NCBI GenBank assembly: GCA_013265495.1
Contig: MU061578.1
Span: forward strand, 1,249,308 to 1,313,307
Direction: 5' to 3'
DNA from: Vicugna vicugna
Lineage: Eukaryota
DNA length: 64,000 nt
Shown here: positions 63,810 to 64,000 of the stretch, in pieces
Position numbering within the stretch: the first letter of the stretch is position 1
Layout: each line of letters opens with the position of its first letter
Translations under genes and position numbers: made by a program
The notes under the pieces: generated by a model
The model's database searches: none
What the model was told of the DNA's origin: nothing
What the model saw: only the letters and a program-made list of their open reading frames with translations

Positions 63810-64000
63810 ATTCTGCATGTCAAAAGCATGTCTGTATGTGTGTCTGCGTGCCTCCGTGTGTGTATTTCAGACAGAAGACAGAGCACAGCACAAAGTTCCT
63901 GTGGCCTCGATGTAATCGTCCAACTGGAAGATTCCAGGTCCCTCTAGGGAGGCTGGACGTTCCAGGGCGTCACGGTTCCCAGACCCCCTTGAAGCACTTA

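Noticed and set aside
1..64000. Assignment to a named gene locus
   Set aside because: No exon with recognisable protein homology; naming the locus would require an alignment search.

Overview
Mammalian, mostly non-coding genomic DNA. It is very probably from a camelid (alpaca/vicuna/llama/camel), judged by two tRNA-derived vic-1-type SINEs and cetartiodactyl-type L1 ends. No multi-exon protein-coding gene, RNA gene or CRISPR array could be recognised, and nearly all supplied ORFs look like chance ORFs or repeat remnants. The window is dominated by decayed transposons (MIR, L2, L1M, MaLR/ERV1 solo LTRs, hAT and Tigger MITEs), a few younger L1/SINE insertions with intact target-site duplications (TSDs), and microsatellites. 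Repeat-poor stretches in between look regulatory. Candidate functional features are a CpG-rich, mirror-symmetric CCAAT/STAT/X-box promoter at ~2.9-3.6 kb, a plausible first coding exon on the minus strand (506-639) of an unidentified gene running off the left edge, CTCF motifs, and an orphan CpG cluster at ~40.6 kb. The most unusual item is a ~340-bp element (7837-8176) made of an L1 5' end fused directly to an L1 3' end and flanked by a TSD, which is a candidate non-autonomous bipartite L1-derived retroelement. Repeat family names come from recalled consensus sequences rather than a database search, and repeat boundaries are approximate unless a TSD is quoted.
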